A stretch of 64,000 bases of DNA from assembly GCF_009914755.1 (NCBI RefSeq), contig NC_060940.1. One strand, written 5' to 3'. The position numbers were made by a program, and so were the translations under genes. The notes beneath the pieces are model-generated. The model was not told where the DNA came from. It saw nothing but the letters and a program-made list of their open reading frames with translations, and did not search any database. Positions 59,170 to 64,000 of the stretch are shown one piece after another. Position 1 is the stretch's first letter. Every line of letters begins with the position of its first letter. The stretch comes from the human T2T-CHM13v2.0 reference genome, Homo sapiens.

Positions 59170-59490
59170 CAGGGTTGGGACTAGCAAAGTGACAGGGGAT
59201 GGAGTTGCTGAGGGTGCAAAATTTAAGGAGGCACCTACTCCCAGGGTCATGCAAAAGCCAACTTTGCATTTGCACAATCCTGTGAGTGAGTCCCTCCTTA
59301 AATTTGAGGCTGTACTGTAATCCCAGCTACTCAGGAAGCTGGGGCAGGAGAATTGCTTGAACCTGGGAGGCAGAGGTTGCAGTGGGCCGAGATCCTGCCT
59401 TTGCACTCCAGCCTGGGCAACAGGGCGAGAATCCGTCTAAAAAAATGAGGCTCTAGACACCACATTTGCCCTACTCTGGCCCCTGCCCTG
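59170..59490. mobile_element. MER96-like hAT MITE containing MIR3680, interrupted by a 5'-truncated Alu (~59316-59445)
   Basis: Termini CAGGGTTGGGACTAG...CTGGCCCCTGCCCTG; internal GCAAAATTTAAGG palindrome; gaggct duplicated around the Alu. Confidence 0.65.
59219..59305 (-). ncRNA. MIR3680: pre-miR-3680 hairpin (87 nt)
   Basis: Reverse complement reads AAAUUUAAGGAGGGACUCACUCACAGGAUUGUGCA...UUUUGCAUGACCCUGGGAGUAGGUGCCUCCUUAAAUUU with a 13-bp terminal stem; matches recalled miR-3680-5p (59271-59292) and -3p (59234-59256). Confidence 0.9.
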
Positions 59491-59964
59491 ATTTTCCTGG
59501 CCTGTCTCATCTCCAGACAGGTTTGCTTTGACCTCCCTGCCCATAAAAGTTGGCCAGTGCCCTTTCCAGGTACTCTGTCATATACCCTATTTCTTTCCTT
59601 GGTAGTACCCAGCACCATCTGCAAGTATTGGGTTTCTTTGCACATTTAGCATCTGTCCAACCCTTAGGATATCAGCTTTGCAAGAGCAAAGGTCACGTCT
59701 ATCTCAGCCTACCTCCTCCATACTCAGCACACAGCACAGCACCTGACCATAGGAAGCACGCAAGAAATGGGAGGAATGAAATGGAAATTATCTAAAATAA
59801 GGATCAAGATTGATACAGAAGTATTCATCTCAGCTTTACTTATTAATAGCAAAACAAAAACAAAACACCTGGATATTATACTAATTCTCAACAATAGGAA
59901 ACTGATTAGGATGCAGTACATTCAGAGCTGAAATTTTCTGCAGCCATTACAAATTACATTTGTG

Positions 59965-59999
<35 letters not shown>

Positions 60000-60718
60000 A
60001 GACGGAGTTCTGCTCTTGTTGCCCAGGCTGGAGGGCAATGTCTCGATCTCGGCTCACTGCACCCTCCGCCTCCTGGGTTCAAGCAATTGGTCTGTCATTT
60101 TCAGACCCAACAGAAACAGAGGTGCTCCTGCCAGGCCCCCGGGGACTGCCTCCAGGAGTCATTTGTAATGACAGGGTGCGTTCTGCGCACAGTTTCAGAG
60201 TCTGTCCAAAGGGCCAATGCTGGGGCTGGGCAGAAACGATCCAAGGCCTGTGAGCTGTGCAGCTTTATAGGCAAATGAAGATCGTTTACCCAGAATTGCC
60301 TGCTGGAGACAGCATAGAGGAAGTGGCGGCAACTTCACCAGTTCCAGGAAGCCCAGGCAGCCTGGTCCCCCAGGGTGCACCTGGCACAGCAGTTCGCATG
60401 GGGCCAGAGAGCGGCAGCTGACCGCTGCAACTACAGCTGGCCTGACACCGGGCACAGGTACCAGCCCAGCCCAGTCCCGCCCAGCGCAGCCTGCGGCCCC
60501 TAGCCGAACCAGCACCTGGCAAACCTGACACCCAGCCTTGGAGCTTGGGCCCCCCTCTGCAGCTGGCTGGGGCTCCTGAGACAGCTTCTTTGTCGGAATC
60601 CACTCAGTACACACACGGTCCCAAACTTAGTGGCTGCCCAGTGAACATGGGGCTTAGTAGAACCAGTACCTTCCTCCCTGGCCCCTTCAAGTCTAAATAT
60701 CCCCTGCTCTGAGTACAA

Positions 60719-60992
60719 GCCTCCACCTTCTCCACTGATAGACAGCCCCCACCATCTCCACCGACAGACAGCCCCCACCTTCTCCACCGACAGACAGCCC
60801 CCGCCATCTTCACCGACAGACAGCCCCCACCATCTCCACCGGCAGACAGCCCCCACCATCTCCACTGACAGACAGCCCCCACCTTCTCCACCGACAGACA
60901 GCCCCCACCATCTTCACCGACAGACAGCCCCCACCATCTCCACCAATAGACAGCGCCCACCTTCTCCACTGATAGACAGCCCCCACCATCTC
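60719..60992. repeat. 26-bp minisatellite, ~10.5 copies, unit CCCCCACC(A/T)TCT(C/T)CACCGACAGACAG
   Basis: Period counted directly (gacag at 60741 and 60767). Confidence 0.95.
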
Positions 60993-61405
60993 CCGTGTCA
61001 TCCCCTGGGGGGACTTGTAAAAGCAGTGGTCGGGGAGCGGGATGGAAACCCAGAGCTTCTGATCAGGCAGGTCGGGGGAGAGGGAGACAACACATCTGCA
61101 CAGAACAAGGTCCCAGGGAGGCCGGCGCTGCTGGTCCAGGGAGCACCCCCCAGCACAGGCGCGTGCTTCCCTGATGGACACGTCACCACCCCTGGGCTCC
61201 AGAAAATGAATGTCTGACCCAGTGACCCCTGTCCTCACCCAAGGCCAACCTCACCCCAGAATGGGCTGGAATGCTGAGCCTGCCCATGCCAGCTCCAGAT
61301 CCACCCACCTCCCCACCATTGCTGGCCACAGAGAGAGGTCAAAGTGGTCCAGAAACCCCAAGGAAAATGAAGCAGTTCCGGGGCAGGGAAGCAAAGGCAG
61401 TGTTT

Positions 61406-61440
<35 letters not shown>

Positions 61441-62719
61441 AGACAAAGTCTCGCTCTTGTCGCCCAGGCTGGAGTGCAATGGTGCGATCTTGGCTCACTG
61501 CAACCTCCACCTCCTGAGTTCAAGCCATTCTCTCACCTCTACCTCCCGAGTAGCTGCAGCCTCTGCCTCCGGGGATCAAGTGATTCTCCTGCCCCCTGCC
61601 TCAGCCTCCTGCCTCAGTAGCTGGGATTACCGACACCTGCCACCACGCCCGCCTAATTTTTGTATTTTTAGTAGAGACAAGGGTTCACCATGTTGGCCGG
61701 GCTGGTCTCGAACTCCTGACCTCAGGCGATCCGCCAACCTTGGCCTCCCGAAGTGTTGGGATTACAGGCGTGAGCCACCGTGCCTGGCCAGGATGGTCTG
61801 CTTATAATGGCTCAATTTTGATGTCCAGTCTCTGCAGAGCACAAGGCCCCCGCTTTGGGCCAGACATACAGATGTCCCTGGGCAAGAACAGAGATGATCC
61901 CAAGGCCCTGGCCCCACCTGTCTGCTCAGTGTTGAATCAGGTTTCTGTGAAAACAAATTACTAACAGGCTGGTGTCACATTTTCAAATTCTGTCACCAGC
62001 CGTTGAACACATGTCTTTGTACTTTTTTCCATTTTTAACCGGGGCTGAGTTACGCCCAACCACACTGTCCTGGCTGGCACGGGGGAGGAGGTGTCAGCTG
62101 CTGTCCAGAATGGGGCTGACACATTCATTTTAAACAGGCCAGGAAGATGCAGATTTGGCAAGCTCTGAAATTTGCCGACACCCCAAGTCAAGGGTAAGCA
62201 GGAGAACCGGAAAAGGGCAGCTTCTCATGTAGTCAGGTTCTCCTGATGCAAGCGTCCTGGTGGATTTGGGTTTCCCAAGGGTCCTGACTCCAGGAGACCC
62301 CCAGGACCGACAGGAAGGGCCACCCCTCCCTCTGAAACTCTGAAGCCAGGCCACCCAGTGCTGAAATGCTGTGTGAACTCGGGCAAGTTCCTTTGCAGGG
62401 ACTGAGCCTCCCTTTCATGTCTCCAACAGACTGGAACACTGCCTCCCGTTGCATGGGCGAAATACCTCGCGGACATGTCTTACGGCGCCCCATGAAAGCA
62501 TCACCATTAATCTGACCAGTCACTGCAGCATGAGTATCTTCAGGGCACAGATGAAGCCATGGGCACCAGTGATAAGGAGTTGCCACTGCTGGCTAAGTGC
62601 GGAGCCTCACACATCTGTGGCCCAGAAACCCATACCCCACTCCAAACCCTCTATAGCTCCAACAGTTATGCTAACAAGAAAAAGGAGTGAAAACCCGCTC
62701 CAGTCACGGTATTGTGGAG

Positions 62720-62880
62720 GTGGAAGGACACTTGTGGCAGCCAATCCAACACCTCCATTTTATAGCTGGGGTAAACATAGTTCAGAGAGGTTGTCCCACT
62801 TGCTGAAAGTCACACAGCAGTTCCTGGGCGGCAAAGTGAGGACATCCAGGTCTCCTAAATCTCACCCTCGTGCTCTGCCC
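62720..62880 (-). mobile_element. MIR SINE
   Basis: ccattttatagctggggtaaac...cagagaggtt...acttgctgaaagtcacacagc. Confidence 0.6.
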
Positions 62881-63667
62881 ACTTAACTAGGCTTTTCAAT
62901 CCTGGCTGTCAAAGAGAAGCACCAAGTCCACTTGGGCTCCTGGCCAGCATCCAGGCCAGTCCAACTCAACAGCAAGCGGAAGCAAATACCACACAATGAA
63001 CTTGTTGAACAGACTCTGTGCTCAGGCTTAACCAGTGCACAGCCTGTACACCCGACAGGCGGATGCAGCTGTTCCAAACTAAGGCCAGGGCCTCTCCCCA
63101 ATCCCGATGGGCTCTGCAGGTGCAGTGATGGAAGAATCCCTGGTGACGGGGAGCCCTTAGCTCTGAGCAGGACCTGAAGCCATCTCAGGGCTTGCACCGG
63201 TCCAGATGCTGCTGCACAAGTGCTCCAGGGGCTCCTGCCCTGCCCTCCTCACTTGCCCCCTCACCTGTCAGGGATGTTTGATTCCTGGCTGGCCCCTCCC
63301 CTACCTGACCCCTGCCAAAGACCTACGCCACCCCAGGCTCCCAGCTCTGAAGCAAACAACCAGAGAAGTCAAGCGCCTGGCTCCGGGCCACACAGCTTGA
63401 GGGACTCAGAGCTCCAGGGACAGTGCCCGGGCCCTGCTCAGGCCTTCTGCAGAGGCTCTGGGCTCTTCCAGTTGACTCAGCTCACAGGGCCCCTACACAG
63501 TACCAGGTGAAGACACAGCCCCAAGAACCCTCAGGGTCTGAAGCCACACATGTGAGCCGTGGGCAGAATCCTGCATTGGCCTCCAGCAGCTCGAGAGCAC
63601 AGGGACAAAGCTGGACTGGCCCCGGGGTCACCGTGGCCTTGGTTTTGTAGCAGCTGCAGTTTGAGCA

Positions 63668-63864
63668 CGTACACCAAAAATAAAATTCTAAGCCCCGTAA
63701 CTGACTGAAGGGACCACTCCTATTGGCCAAAGGGATATTCCAAAGTTAACCTGAAAAACGAGCTCAGGTCATGATGGGAAGAGGGGTCACACAGGCCTTG
63801 TTATACCCCCTCCCTCTGGAATTCAGGTACAGCTGACCAGCACTAACATTCAAACACAGATCTT
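63668..63864 (+). mobile_element. ERV1 LTR 5' part (MER4 group), interrupted by an Alu at the window end
   Basis: ccaaaaataaaattctaagccc...attccaaagttaacctgaaaaac...catgatgggaag. Confidence 0.65.
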
Positions 63865-64000
63865 GGCCTGGCTCAGTGACTCATGCCTGTAATCCCAGCA
63901 CTTTGGGAGGCTGAGGTGGGCAGATCATGAGGTCAGGAGTTCGAGACCAGCCCGACCAACATGGAGAAACCCCATCTCTACTAAAAATACAAAATTAGCC

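Noticed and set aside
60500-61238. Repetitive ORFs (GAVCRWRWWGLSV) or a CRISPR-like array
   Set aside because: Translation of a 26-bp minisatellite; no unique spacers, and the context is human.
62449-63510. ORFs of 80-145 aa in the GC-rich block
   Set aside because: No recognisable homology or splice structure, and partly MIR-derived.

Overview
Human, Alu-dense genomic DNA from a chromosome 16p segmental duplication. The minus strand carries an unprocessed (intron-containing) paralog of the NMD kinase gene SMG1. Its CpG-island promoter is at ~54.6-55.8 kb, and exons 1-17 run leftwards to the window edge with GT-AG boundaries. It is a pseudogene copy, not SMG1 itself: exon 1 has lost 4 Gly codons, exon 4 has a TGA (leaving a 159-aa ORF), exon 10 has a 1-bp deletion, the exon 13 donor is deleted, and exon 15 has a TGA. 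The MER96-derived MIR3680 hairpin lies ~3.8 kb upstream, which points to SMG1P2 or SMG1P3; I cannot separate the two from sequence alone. Beyond ~60.1 kb the sequence becomes GC-rich and Alu-poor, with a 26-bp VNTR, and is probably a different duplicon (SLC7A5 intron-1-derived by inference). The signals least explained by the exon structure lie in Alu-free islands of intron 1: two frame-preserving micro-exon candidates (18 and 15 nt, each encoding M-x-[DE]-S-R) and a candidate poison/cassette exon bracketed by a 21-bp long-range RNA helix. There is also a stop/start (TAATG) uORF overlapping the main ATG. These are candidates only; none is shown to be functional. Comparisons with SMG1 and other named entries rely on recalled sequence and need an alignment.
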